33,189 nt of DNA from a virus (Duplodnaviria; Caudoviricetes), in IMG/VR virus record IMGVR_UViG_3300032233_001266, positions 1 through 33,189 of that record. The stretch is one strand, 5' to 3'. The notes below the pieces were generated by a model that did no database searches, had not been told where the DNA came from, and worked only from the letters and a program-made list of their open reading frames with translations. How positions within the stretch are numbered: the first letter of the stretch is position 1; every line of letters starts with the position of its first letter. Made by a program: the position numbers and the translations under genes. Below are positions 1 through 8,286 of the stretch, piece by piece.

Positions 1-183
1 AACGCCTTCATCCCACCCGACCCCGCCAACACCGACTACGCCGCTTACCTGGAGTGGATCGAAGCTGGCAACATGCCGGACCCAGCCCCAATGGTTGTGC
101 CTCCAGCTCCACTAACGCCTGCTGAAAAGCTAGCAGCCTCTGGGTTGACTGTTGTTGAGCTTAAAGCTCTTCTTGGCCTTTAA
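1..183 (+). CDS. Partial (5'-truncated) tail-fibre assembly chaperone-like protein
   Basis: Frame 1 is open to TAA at 181-183 (NAFIPPDPANTDYAAYLEWIEAGNMPDPAP...LKALLGL). The IP-DP-N-DY--YL-W---GN-P motif is typical of small phage proteins encoded after tail-fibre genes. Not in the ORF track. Confidence 0.65.
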   Translation, partial: NAFIPPDPANTDYAAYLEWIEAGNMPDPAPMVVPPAPLTPAEKLAASGLTVVELKALLGL

Positions 184-208
184 TAACACTTTCTCTTATT
201 AAAAGATA

Positions 209-409
209 ATGCTTACCATCCTTGGAGCCAAGGTGTCTTATGACGCCGCTGGCTGGTTTGTACTGTTTCTTGCTTCTGAGTACCTCGGTACAAACCCCCG
301 TTTCAAATCAAATAGTGTTGTTCAAGCAGTTGTGTCTGCTGTCAACTCCTTCAAATTCATCCGTAAAGAAGACGATCGGATTCGTCGCGTCAAAGATTCT
401 TTCAAATAA
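209..409 (+). CDS. Small membrane protein, possible holin
   Basis: 66 aa with one hydrophobic segment (AAGWFVLFLASEYLG) and a basic C-terminus, directly upstream of the putative endolysin. Confidence 0.5.
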   Translation: MLTILGAKVSYDAAGWFVLFLASEYLGTNPRFKSNSVVQAVVSAVNSFKFIRKEDDRIRRVKDSFK

Positions 410-414
410 AGACA

Positions 415-963
415 ATGGTGCTGCTTCCGGTGAAGCAGTATTACTCCCAAGTTGATAGTGCAACGGGTAACGGATATCGGATGTGCTTTAGCTCTACTTG
501 TGCTATGGCTGTTAAATATCTGAAACCCGAAGCACTTAAAGGTAGTAATGCTGATGATAATTACTTAAAAACCGTACTTAAATACGGTGATACAACTGAA
601 GCTCAAGCTCAAATCAAAGCCTGTGCCCACTACGGTGTCTTTGCAACCTTCTATACCACCGGTAATAAGCAGTCCATCCTTACTGAACTCAATAAGGGTT
701 TCCCTGTAGCAACTGGCATCCTTCACCACGGTACTGCCTCTGCTCCCACTGGTGGAGGCCATTACATGCTGTGTATCGGTGATGAAGGAGCTAATGGTGT
801 CTTCCATGATCCATACGGTGAACTCGATAACGCCAATGGTGGCTATGTCAAAGTTGGATCTGGTGGCATGTCAGTCAGGTATGGCTGGAATAACTGGCTA
901 AAACGTTGGCAAGTTGAAGGCCCAAATAGTGGCTGGTTCATGACCTTTAGGCCAACCAAATAA
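415..963 (+). CDS. Peptidase C39-like protein, probable endolysin
   Basis: Papain-fold motifs YYSQ..., CFSSTCAM (Cys), GHYMLCIG (His), HDPYG (Asp). Late lysis/packaging context. Confidence 0.75.
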   Translation: MVLLPVKQYYSQVDSATGNGYRMCFSSTCAMAVKYLKPEALKGSNADDNYLKTVLKYGDTTEAQAQIKACAHYGVFATFYTTGNKQSILTELNKGFPVATGILHHGTASAPTGGGHYMLCIGDEGANGVFHDPYGELDNANGGYVKVGSGGMSVRYGWNNWLKRWQVEGPNSGWFMTFRPTK

Positions 964-1000
964 TTACCTATTTACATCCATTTCCTAACCATCGATCACT

Positions 1001-1294
1001 ATGTTTATCTCCAGAGTTGAAATTAATGGTCAACCCACAACTGCTCGTCAACTTGCCGCAGGTGCTACATCAGCTAATACTGCCTTGACTGCTAGCACTG
1101 ATCGCATAACAATGCGTGCTGTGACTGCTGACATTCGTTATGCAGTAGGTTCTTCAGCACAGACTGCTACAGCCACAAGCCATTTCATTGCTGCTGGTGA
1201 ACGTCTGACTATTCTTGTGCCTTCTGGTGCAAACATTGCTGTCATTCAAGCCGGTGCAAGTGCTGGCACTCTTGAAGTAACAGAGTTCCAATAA
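1001..1294 (+). CDS. Hypothetical Ala/Thr-rich beta-strand protein, possibly virion-associated
   Basis: Clean 97-aa ORF in the late operon. Function inferred from composition only. Confidence 0.6.
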   Translation: MFISRVEINGQPTTARQLAAGATSANTALTASTDRITMRAVTADIRYAVGSSAQTATATSHFIAAGERLTILVPSGANIAVIQAGASAGTLEVTEFQ

Positions 1295-1308
1295 ATTTGG
1301 GACTGAAA

Positions 1309-1554
1309 ATGATTGAAGCAATCTTAACTGGTGTTGTCTCACTAGTCATTGGTGCTAGTGGTGGTATGGCAGCCATCCATTCACGTACCAATCAAAAAGT
1401 GGCTGAGTTAGACAGACGTATTGACCAAATGGAATTACGTGTTGCTGAAAAGTACGTACCACGTAATGAACTATCCAATGCACTCCAGAAGATGGAAGAT
1501 CACATGATCCGCATTGAAAATAAACTCGATCAAATAGCACTTAGAAATGGCTAA
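1309..1554 (+). CDS. Hypothetical protein with N-terminal TM helix and coiled coil
   Basis: ATG at 1309 preferred to TTG at 1297. Hydrophobic AILTGVVSLVIGASGG is followed by heptads. Overlaps the terS start. Confidence 0.65.
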   Translation: MIEAILTGVVSLVIGASGGMAAIHSRTNQKVAELDRRIDQMELRVAEKYVPRNELSNALQKMEDHMIRIENKLDQIALRNG

Positions 1555-1801
1555 GACCAAAGCATCTGAGGATATGTTCAATGAGTTACATAATATTGTG
1601 ACTCAAGAGCTACTAAATCGGATTAAATCCGGTGATGCCTCCACTGCCGATCTAAAAGCAGCTTGTGATTGGCTTGCAAAAAATGATATTAGCGGTGTGG
1701 CGTATGCGGGCAATCCTCTAGATAAGTTAGCCAGCATCATGCCAAAAGTAGATCCCGAACTTGTACAAAAGAGGTTGTATGGCGCAAGGCAAAACCGCTA
1801 A
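1547..1801 (+). CDS. Terminase small subunit (T7 gp18-like)
   Basis: ELHN...ELL-RIKSG-A-TADL-AA--WL--NDI motif, 84 aa, upstream of terL. Confidence 0.85.
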   Translation: MAKTKASEDMFNELHNIVTQELLNRIKSGDASTADLKAACDWLAKNDISGVAYAGNPLDKLASIMPKVDPELVQKRLYGARQNR

Positions 1802-2039
1802 ATTTTACAAAGAGAATCCTGATGCAGCTGCACAACATCGCCGCTATATGCGGAAGTATAACCAGGATCCACTAAAAATTAAATACCGCTCAGAGCTTAA
1901 TAAGGAGCGCCGTAAACGTGGTATGTACGGCAATGGTGGCAATGATCTTTCTCATGATGCTAATGGGAATGTAAAGCCAGAAAATCCCAAAAAGAACCGT
2001 GCTCGTAATGGGCAAGGGGATAACAAGCGGTATCGATGA
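1779..2039 (+). CDS. Small basic HNH-like protein
   Basis: ATG at 1779 with GAGG at 1771-1774. DLSH...N...KNRARNG is a minimal HNH-like motif. Confidence 0.6.
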   Translation: MAQGKTAKFYKENPDAAAQHRRYMRKYNQDPLKIKYRSELNKERRKRGMYGNGGNDLSHDANGNVKPENPKKNRARNGQGDNKRYR

Positions 2040-2365
2040 CTCCCTTACTACCTAGTCCTGATCACTACCTCCAAAACCTAATAACCATGACCAGTCCCGA
2101 AGCTAAGCGGCTGTGGCGTAGAGCCATAAAGGAACACTTTGACTGCACATGTGTCTACTGCGGAGAAACTTATGAATTACATGAACTTACACTTGATCAC
2201 GTTCGCCCTCGTTGTATGGGTGGCGAAGACCTTACAAGCAATTTGGTCCCATCCTGTCGAAAGTGTAATCAGGACAAAGGTAGTAACAATTGGCTTTCAT
2301 GGATGAGGAATACCTTTGGTAATAATCCCCATAGAGAGCATTTAATTCTTTCACATATCAATTAA
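2036..2365 (+). CDS. HNH endonuclease
   Basis: CVYCG...LTLDHVRPRCMGG...NLVPSCRKCNQDKG is a canonical Zn-binding HNH motif. Confidence 0.92.
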   Translation: MTPLLPSPDHYLQNLITMTSPEAKRLWRRAIKEHFDCTCVYCGETYELHELTLDHVRPRCMGGEDLTSNLVPSCRKCNQDKGSNNWLSWMRNTFGNNPHREHLILSHIN

Positions 2366-3181
2366 ATGGCCAAATACAAAAACGTTAAACGAAATGGTCG
2401 GTGGGTCACCGTAAATGAGCAAGGTAAAGAAGTTAATCCTGGTCAAGGAGCACTTCGTGATATTGCTCGTGCCGTTAAGAAAGTAGCTTCTGATGCTGGT
2501 GATCAAGTTGTCTACTCGGATAAAACTGATGCCAAGGGTAACCCGCTGACTATTGGTCAAGTAAAACAGATTGAAGGGAAGAACTACGGCAGACCAAAAC
2601 CTAAGGCTCCCGCTCTTCCTTCTCCAAAGGTTGCTGAGAAGATGAAGCAGGGTGAGACCTTTAAGAACAATAAAGTTCAACCCAAAGTTGAAGATACAAA
2701 ACCTGCACCACAAGCTGAAGCACCTGCTCCCCAGCGTCGTGCTTCTACGGCTGTTGTACGTAATCCGGCACCACAAGCAAAACCCAGTACCCCTTCTAAG
2801 CCTGTTGAGTCGGGCTACAAGGCTGGTGATAAGTATTACAGGGGTTCTGATACATACAAGAAGGCATTGGCAGATAAGAACGGTGGTTCCTCTTCTGGTA
2901 ACCCACTCCTAGACAAGATGCGTCGGGAGATGGGGCTTGATGCTGCAACTGGAGAGAAGTCTTCAGGTCCCAGCATGGATAAGCAGAAAGCTACCGCTGC
3001 AGGAATCATTGCCAGTGGCAAGGTTGAAGCTTTGAAGCCCACTGAAGGGTCTAAGAACTTCAGCAAGGATTCGGGTGTTAAACCAACAGCTCAATCAAAA
3101 GATGCTAACTACTCAGAATCTTTCAAGAAGAAAGAAGATGAGAAAAAGAAAGCACTCATGATTAAAGGCTACAAGAAATAA
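2366..3181 (+). CDS. Hypothetical low-complexity K/P/A/S-rich protein
   Basis: 271-aa ORF starting right after the HNH stop codon. Looks largely disordered. Confidence 0.7.
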   Translation: MAKYKNVKRNGRWVTVNEQGKEVNPGQGALRDIARAVKKVASDAGDQVVYSDKTDAKGNPLTIGQVKQIEGKNYGRPKPKAPALPSPKVAEKMKQGETFKNNKVQPKVEDTKPAPQAEAPAPQRRASTAVVRNPAPQAKPSTPSKPVESGYKAGDKYYRGSDTYKKALADKNGGSSSGNPLLDKMRREMGLDAATGEKSSGPSMDKQKATAAGIIASGKVEALKPTEGSKNFSKDSGVKPTAQSKDANYSESFKKKEDEKKKALMIKGYKK

Positions 3182-3219
3182 GCATTTAGACAACCTGTCC
3201 ACTTGAGTAGTAACTAATC

Positions 3220-3246
3220 GCCGCTCCGCATGGGGCGGCTTTTTTT
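3220..3246 (+). terminator. Intrinsic terminator
   Basis: GCCGCTCC-GCAT-GGGGCGGC stem-loop followed by T7. Confidence 0.8.
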
Positions 3247-3247
3247 A

Positions 3248-4855
3248 ATGCCTAATCAAAACAAACGCTTGATTGAGCAAGCATTATCAGCAACACTATC
3301 TGACGATAGAGGCGCTAATGTAGTGTTCGAAGATTATAAAAGGCTTGGAAAGCTTCCACAAAAATACAAGACCAAGGAAAGTTTTTTAAGTGCTATTAAG
3401 GAAAGGATGGATAGTGGGAAAACCCTCAAAGAGGCTGCAGATTCCCTAGCTAAATTAGATACCTTAGTCAAATCAAAAAAGATTGGCAAAGCTCTTGAAA
3501 CTATTGACGAAGTTAAATACAAAGGCATTCCACTGAAAGTTAATGGTAAAGGTGAGCCTGTATTTGATAAAAGGAAGTTTCATGAAAAGCCACCAGAACG
3601 CTTAAAAGCATGGGTGGATTTTTTAGAGGAGCAAAACAAACTCCCCAAAGGCTTTTATAATGATTTTGAGAAGTGGGCAAAAAAAGGTTGGAATGCTCAC
3701 CTAGAGAAAAATAAAGGGCTGAAAATAAAGACTGGACAGCAGTTTGATAATGGGCATCTTGTGCCATCTGCAATGGGTGGTCCAAATGTTCCATCAAACG
3801 TACGTGCAGAGCGTGCTTTAGGTCCAGGTGGAAACAGATCAAAAGGTCAAACCCCAAACTTTGCAACGCCACAGATTCCAAATGAGTTAGGAATTCCAGA
3901 AAACTGGACTAGGGCATTTTATGAATATGATTTAGATAGGCAAGGTTTTACTGCAACTGGCTTACCAAAAGATACCAGATTATCTTCTGCTGAGCTTGCT
4001 CGTATTGAGCTAGGTACTGATCATAACAAAGTTATTAGTATCAAACAGCAAAAGATTCAGCAGCAGCTAACTAATGCTGCACTTGAAAGCCAAGATCTAC
4101 CAAAATCTCATCAACAAATTCTTGCCAGACTTCAAAATAATGGCAGAAGCTATCAATCAGCTGTTGCTACTGGACTGACAACTCCAAAAGGTGATATTAT
4201 TAGCCTTAAATCTGCTAAAGGTGCAATAAAGCTTGAGGCTGTTGCACAGAGTGAGATTAATGGTACCTATAAACCATTTAGCAATCCACTCTTATCAGGT
4301 AATTCTGAAGCAGCATTCGGTTTAGGTAGTGCCGGTTCTGCAGAAGTTGTCAGTGCTGCTAAAGCACTAAGGAGACCACTTACAACTGGCTTAAAAGCTG
4401 GTTTGGCTGGTTTGGCTGTAGAAGCAGGAGTATCTTATCTCACTACTGGTGACCCATACCAAGCAACAGCTGGCACTTTAAGCTCTCCAATAGATAGCGG
4501 TCCCACCGCAAATGTTGACAGAGTGGGCAATTTATTTGTTGATAGAACCACTAATCAAGTATTACCTTCCACTAAAGCTGAAGCATCCAAAGGTAAAACT
4601 GGCCTGGCCTATCGCAATGGTAAACCCGTAGCGGTTCCATACGGATCAGTTGCTGGAGAGAAGTCAAACCTTGCTTTGTTGCAGGATGAAATGAAAACTG
4701 CTGTTAAAAATGCAAATGACGTTTGGATTGTTAACGGTAGAAACTCAGCAAAAGCAAGAACAAGAGCTGGGTCGTTTGAAGTTGGCTTGGGTTCAATCAA
4801 ATTCAAGCTACCAGAACTAGGTGTTTCTGAATTCCTAAACCTAAACCAGAAATAA
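3248..4855 (+). CDS. Large modular protein with an internal HNH/beta-beta-alpha-Me nuclease motif
   Basis: FDNGHLVPSAMGGPNVPSNVRAE...NRSKG motif and a Gly/Ala-rich C-terminal half. ATG 3248 chosen because ATG 3230 lies inside the terminator hairpin. Confidence 0.65.
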   Translation: MPNQNKRLIEQALSATLSDDRGANVVFEDYKRLGKLPQKYKTKESFLSAIKERMDSGKTLKEAADSLAKLDTLVKSKKIGKALETIDEVKYKGIPLKVNGKGEPVFDKRKFHEKPPERLKAWVDFLEEQNKLPKGFYNDFEKWAKKGWNAHLEKNKGLKIKTGQQFDNGHLVPSAMGGPNVPSNVRAERALGPGGNRSKGQTPNFATPQIPNELGIPENWTRAFYEYDLDRQGFTATGLPKDTRLSSAELARIELGTDHNKVISIKQQKIQQQLTNAALESQDLPKSHQQILARLQNNGRSYQSAVATGLTTPKGDIISLKSAKGAIKLEAVAQSEINGTYKPFSNPLLSGNSEAAFGLGSAGSAEVVSAAKALRRPLTTGLKAGLAGLAVEAGVSYLTTGDPYQATAGTLSSPIDSGPTANVDRVGNLFVDRTTNQVLPSTKAEASKGKTGLAYRNGKPVAVPYGSVAGEKSNLALLQDEMKTAVKNANDVWIVNGRNSAKARTRAGSFEVGLGSIKFKLPELGVSEFLNLNQK

Positions 4856-4856
4856 C

Positions 4857-4890
4857 CCTCTAAGGCCCCTAGAAGCCCCTACAAGCCCCA
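4857..4890 (+). repeat. Three imperfect 10-bp tandem repeats
   Basis: taaggcccct / agaagcccct / acaagcccca, upstream of terL. Confidence 0.6.
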
Positions 4891-4921
4891 TACATATCCA
4901 CTAAGGTATATCCTAATCTAA

Positions 4922-6685
4922 ATGCCACCAAGACGCCGTATAGCACCTTCTGGAGGGGACTCAGTATTAACTGCCCTCCAGGAGGACTTCAAACTATTTC
5001 TTCAAGCCCTTTGGCAACAACTAGACCTACCTTCACCCACCCGTGCTCAATATGCCATCGCAGACTACATCCAACACGGACCAAAACGCCTTCAAATCCA
5101 AGCGTTCCGTGGTGTTGGTAAGTCTTGGATTACTGGGGCTTTTGTTCTCTGGACTCTTTTTAACAACCCAGAAAAGAAAATCATGATCATCTCAGCTTCT
5201 AAGGAACGAGCTGACAACATGTCTATCTTCCTTCAGAAGCTGATCATTGAAACCCCCTGGTTAGCCCACCTAAGACCCAAGAGTGATGAAGCTCGGTGGT
5301 CTCGTATCTCCTTTGACGTGAACTGCTCCCCTCACCAGGCACCTTCCGTCAAATCAGTCGGTATTACCGGTCAGCTCACCGGTTCACGTGCTGACCTCAT
5401 GATTCTCGATGACATCGAAGTTCCTGGTAACTCCATGACCGAGATGATGCGTGAGAAGCTCCTTCAACTCTGTACTGAGGCTGAATCCATCCTTACCCCC
5501 AAGGAAGACTCTCGCATCATGTACCTCGGTACACCACAGACCACCTTCACTGTCTACCGCAAACTCGCAGAACGTAACTACAGACCCTTTGTGTGGCCTG
5601 CACGTTACCCACGTAAGATCTCTGCCTATGAAGGCCTTATAGCCCCTCAACTCCAAGAAGACTTGGATATGGGTGCTGATAGCTGGGCTGTAACCGACCC
5701 CGATCGCTTCTCTAATGATGACCTAACCGAACGGGAAGCTTCCATGGGTCGTAGCAACTTCATGTTGCAATTCATGCTTGATACCAGTCTTAGTGATGCA
5801 GAGAAGTTCCCCCTTAAATTTCAAGACCTCATCATTACCGCTGTTAACCCGACTCAAGCGCCGGATTCTGTGGTGTGGTGCTCTGATCCTCGTAATGTTC
5901 TCAAAGACCTGCCTACGGTTGGCCTCCCAGGCGATTACTTCTATTCACCAATGCAACTCCAAGGTGAATGGGGTACCTATACCGAAACAATCTGCTCCGT
6001 AGATCCCTCAGGTAGAGGCTCAGACGAAACAGCAGCTACATACATAAGCCAACGTAATGGATTCCTCTATGTCCATGAAATACGCGCTTATAGGGATGGC
6101 TATAGCGATAACACTCTCCTTGATATCCTCCGTGGTTGCAAGAAATATAATGTCTCTAAACTCCTCATCGAAACAAACTTTGGTGATGGCATTGTTGGTG
6201 AACTCTTTAAGAAACACCTCCAACAAACTAAACAAAATATCGGTGTCGAAGAAGTCCGTGCCACAGTCCGTAAAGAAGACCGTATCATTGACTCCCTAGA
6301 ACCTGTCATGAACCAACACCGCCTCATCATTGATCGACAGGTGGTGGAATGGGACTATAACTCCAATAAAGATGAAGCCCCAGAGAAACGTCTTCTCTAC
6401 ATGCTCTTCTATCAAATGTCTCGTATGTGTCGTGAGAAATTTGCCATTAAACACGATGACAGATTAGACTCCCTAGCACAAGCTGTTAAATACTTCACAG
6501 ATGCTATGGGTATCTCAGCTCAAGAAGTCGTTAACCAACGCAAACGTGATGAATGGAATGACATGCTCCAAGGTTTCCTAGATGACCCCCAAGCCTCCGC
6601 TAATCACGTTGTTTTTGGCATGAATATGGAACAAAGACAACAGGCTAGAGGGAAGACAACAAACACTGTCCCCACCTGGGTTTAA
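4922..6685 (+). CDS. Terminase large subunit (T7 gp19-like)
   Basis: Walker A AFRGVGKS, GQLTGSRAD, Walker B ILDDIE, LGTPQ, nuclease DPSGRGSDE and HDDRLD. Confidence 0.97.
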   Translation: MPPRRRIAPSGGDSVLTALQEDFKLFLQALWQQLDLPSPTRAQYAIADYIQHGPKRLQIQAFRGVGKSWITGAFVLWTLFNNPEKKIMIISASKERADNMSIFLQKLIIETPWLAHLRPKSDEARWSRISFDVNCSPHQAPSVKSVGITGQLTGSRADLMILDDIEVPGNSMTEMMREKLLQLCTEAESILTPKEDSRIMYLGTPQTTFTVYRKLAERNYRPFVWPARYPRKISAYEGLIAPQLQEDLDMGADSWAVTDPDRFSNDDLTEREASMGRSNFMLQFMLDTSLSDAEKFPLKFQDLIITAVNPTQAPDSVVWCSDPRNVLKDLPTVGLPGDYFYSPMQLQGEWGTYTETICSVDPSGRGSDETAATYISQRNGFLYVHEIRAYRDGYSDNTLLDILRGCKKYNVSKLLIETNFGDGIVGELFKKHLQQTKQNIGVEEVRATVRKEDRIIDSLEPVMNQHRLIIDRQVVEWDYNSNKDEAPEKRLLYMLFYQMSRMCREKFAIKHDDRLDSLAQAVKYFTDAMGISAQEVVNQRKRDEWNDMLQGFLDDPQASANHVVFGMNMEQRQQARGKTTNTVPTWV

Positions 6686-6689
6686 GGCT

Positions 6690-6713
6690 GGTAACGGGCG
6701 TATACAGGGGGAA
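6690..6713 (+). promoter_or_regulatory. Candidate phage RNAP promoter, copy 1
   Basis: GGTAACGGGCGTATACA|GGGGGAA, identical to 13045-13068. A 17-nt upstream part followed by a G-run matches T7 promoter layout. Confidence 0.65.
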
Positions 6714-6740
6714 GAGAGGGTGGACTCAACTCCCTGTAGG

Positions 6741-6768
6741 GGGGAAGACACAAATCTTCCCCTTTATT
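6741..6768 (+). terminator. Hairpin with short T-tract, possible terminator or pause site
   Basis: GGGGAAGA-CACAAA-TCTTCCCC followed by TTTATT. Confidence 0.45.
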
Positions 6769-6915
6769 AATGTCCCTGGGAATGGACATTCTGTAAGAAC
6801 CGCCAAACCCAAAAGACCAATCTTCCACTCACACCTTAAAGAACTGAATTAAGATCATCCCTGTGAGACCCTTTGAGTCACAAGGGATGATACTGATTCA
6901 GTATTATATATCAGC

Positions 6916-7233
6916 ATGGAGTATAAGTACCCTGATAACACACCTTCAACCTACATCTCCTACTTTAGGAACAGAGAAGGTCCTAATGGTATCCTTGTCT
7001 ATTACAAGAATGTAAGCAGATTTGTTACTACCAGTAAACAACTGAGAGATGTCTTTGGTCCTGCACGGTATACAGATAGTGTAAAGCTGGTATCAAAATG
7101 GTGTGATGAGATGATAGAAAAGTATGACTCGGTATCAGCTGATGTGACCCATGATGAGATTGTTAAAGATGGGTTCGGCCCTGAAGCTCATCTAGAAGAA
7201 GATCCAACAGCTAATACTAAGATGGTGATTTGA
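6916..7233 (+). CDS. Hypothetical protein, last late-side gene
   Basis: 105-aa ORF with ordinary globular composition, after terL. Confidence 0.65.
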   Translation: MEYKYPDNTPSTYISYFRNREGPNGILVYYKNVSRFVTTSKQLRDVFGPARYTDSVKLVSKWCDEMIEKYDSVSADVTHDEIVKDGFGPEAHLEEDPTANTKMVI

Positions 7234-7750
7234 ATTAGTTGGTAACAGCTACCTCACAGCAACTGTTGTCAAGGTGCAGCAAATAACCTGCGAATTTTTG
7301 GCAGAAATTTATTTTCCCTAATAAGCGGTACCGCTGGGCCGCACTACCCCCGTGTGGGGGTGCCGGACTTGGTACTAGATGGTATATCTAGTCCAAGATA
7401 CAGGGGTTCGCGGGTTTCAACTACCGCGCGGGGGTGATGTGCGCCTGTTTTCTACGCGGGAGGGGTTAACTCAACCTCAAGCGATCTGTCCCGATTTCAC
7501 TAAGCTTTGCTTATATATCGTGAGCTGATTGATAAGCAAAGATGATCAGTACTGCACTGCAACAGATCTGCTGCCATTGTCATATTTCGTTACACCAAAC
7601 CAGCTCCAACCTGCTACCTTGAGACCTCCTTTCTTCTTGAAGGTTGAGTATCTCGACTCTCCCTGTTAAGGGGGAGGAGAGTCTCGATCCTTCAACCAGA
7701 AGAAAGAGAGAGACCGACCTACCGACCAGCTGTGCCACTTTGCCAGCTGA
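7234..7750. other. Non-coding region probably containing the genome ends / terminal repeat
   Basis: Lies between terL and the first early promoter, where T7-like genomes end. Dense in palindromes. Exact terminal-repeat limits cannot be seen in a single copy. Confidence 0.6.
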
Positions 7751-7754
7751 CCGC

Positions 7755-7783
7755 TTGACATCCTGTCCACCATGGTATAGGAT
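7755..7783 (+). promoter_or_regulatory. Host sigma70-type early promoter
   Basis: Perfect TTGACA (7755-7760), 17-bp spacer, TAGGAT (7778-7783). Confidence 0.75.
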
Positions 7784-7793
7784 GCATAGCATC

Positions 7794-7812
7794 GAACCTC
7801 GACAACTGAATA
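7794..7812 (+). promoter_or_regulatory. boxA-like antitermination element
   Basis: GAACCTCGACAACTGAATA resembles cyanobacterial rrn boxA (GAACCTTGAAAA core) and lies just after the predicted TSS. Confidence 0.5.
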
Positions 7813-8286
7813 CAGGGCTGGTCACAACACGGAACCAGAGGAGCGAGAGATCCCTCGAAGCAGAGACATGGTTGCAACCCAACCAGCTGCTACCAGCCCG
7901 CCACCTGTCCACTTCAGTATGAAGTGATAGCGCAGAGTCACATGCGCTTTATAAGTCTGCTCATGGCAGGCTGACATCCACCGGGGTGCACACCGTTCGA
8001 GTCGGTGACCAGTCATTTGTTTATATCTCAAGAACGCATTCGTTATGCTTTATCAAATTAACTACGGTCCTTCACTTAGGGACTACACTCACGCTAGTGA
8101 GTACATCCATGCTGACACAATCGATCAAGCATGGGCTGAGGCTAGGCGTCGTTGCCTAGCTCGTGAGGTAGTGCAAGAAGTACTGCCTTGCGTACAATTC
8201 AAGTCAGCGTTCGGCTGATGTCTGCTCTCAGGGACGCACCCTGTCAGCAGCCTTCAAGTGCTGCAATCATTCACTCAATTGTTTAT

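Noticed and set aside
7398-7818. ATACAGGG at ~7398 and ~7810 as extra copies of the 24-nt promoter
   Set aside because: Only the 3' core matches; the GGTAACGGGCG part is missing.
7580-8031. ORFs 7580-7912(-), 7644-7922(+) and 7822-8031(-)
   Set aside because: They overlap a promoter, boxA-like site and hairpins, have atypical composition and show no recognisable motifs.
6690-8286. CRISPR array or mini-array in the non-coding region
   Set aside because: No regularly spaced direct repeats. The 24-mer match to the RNAP gene is not flanked by repeats.
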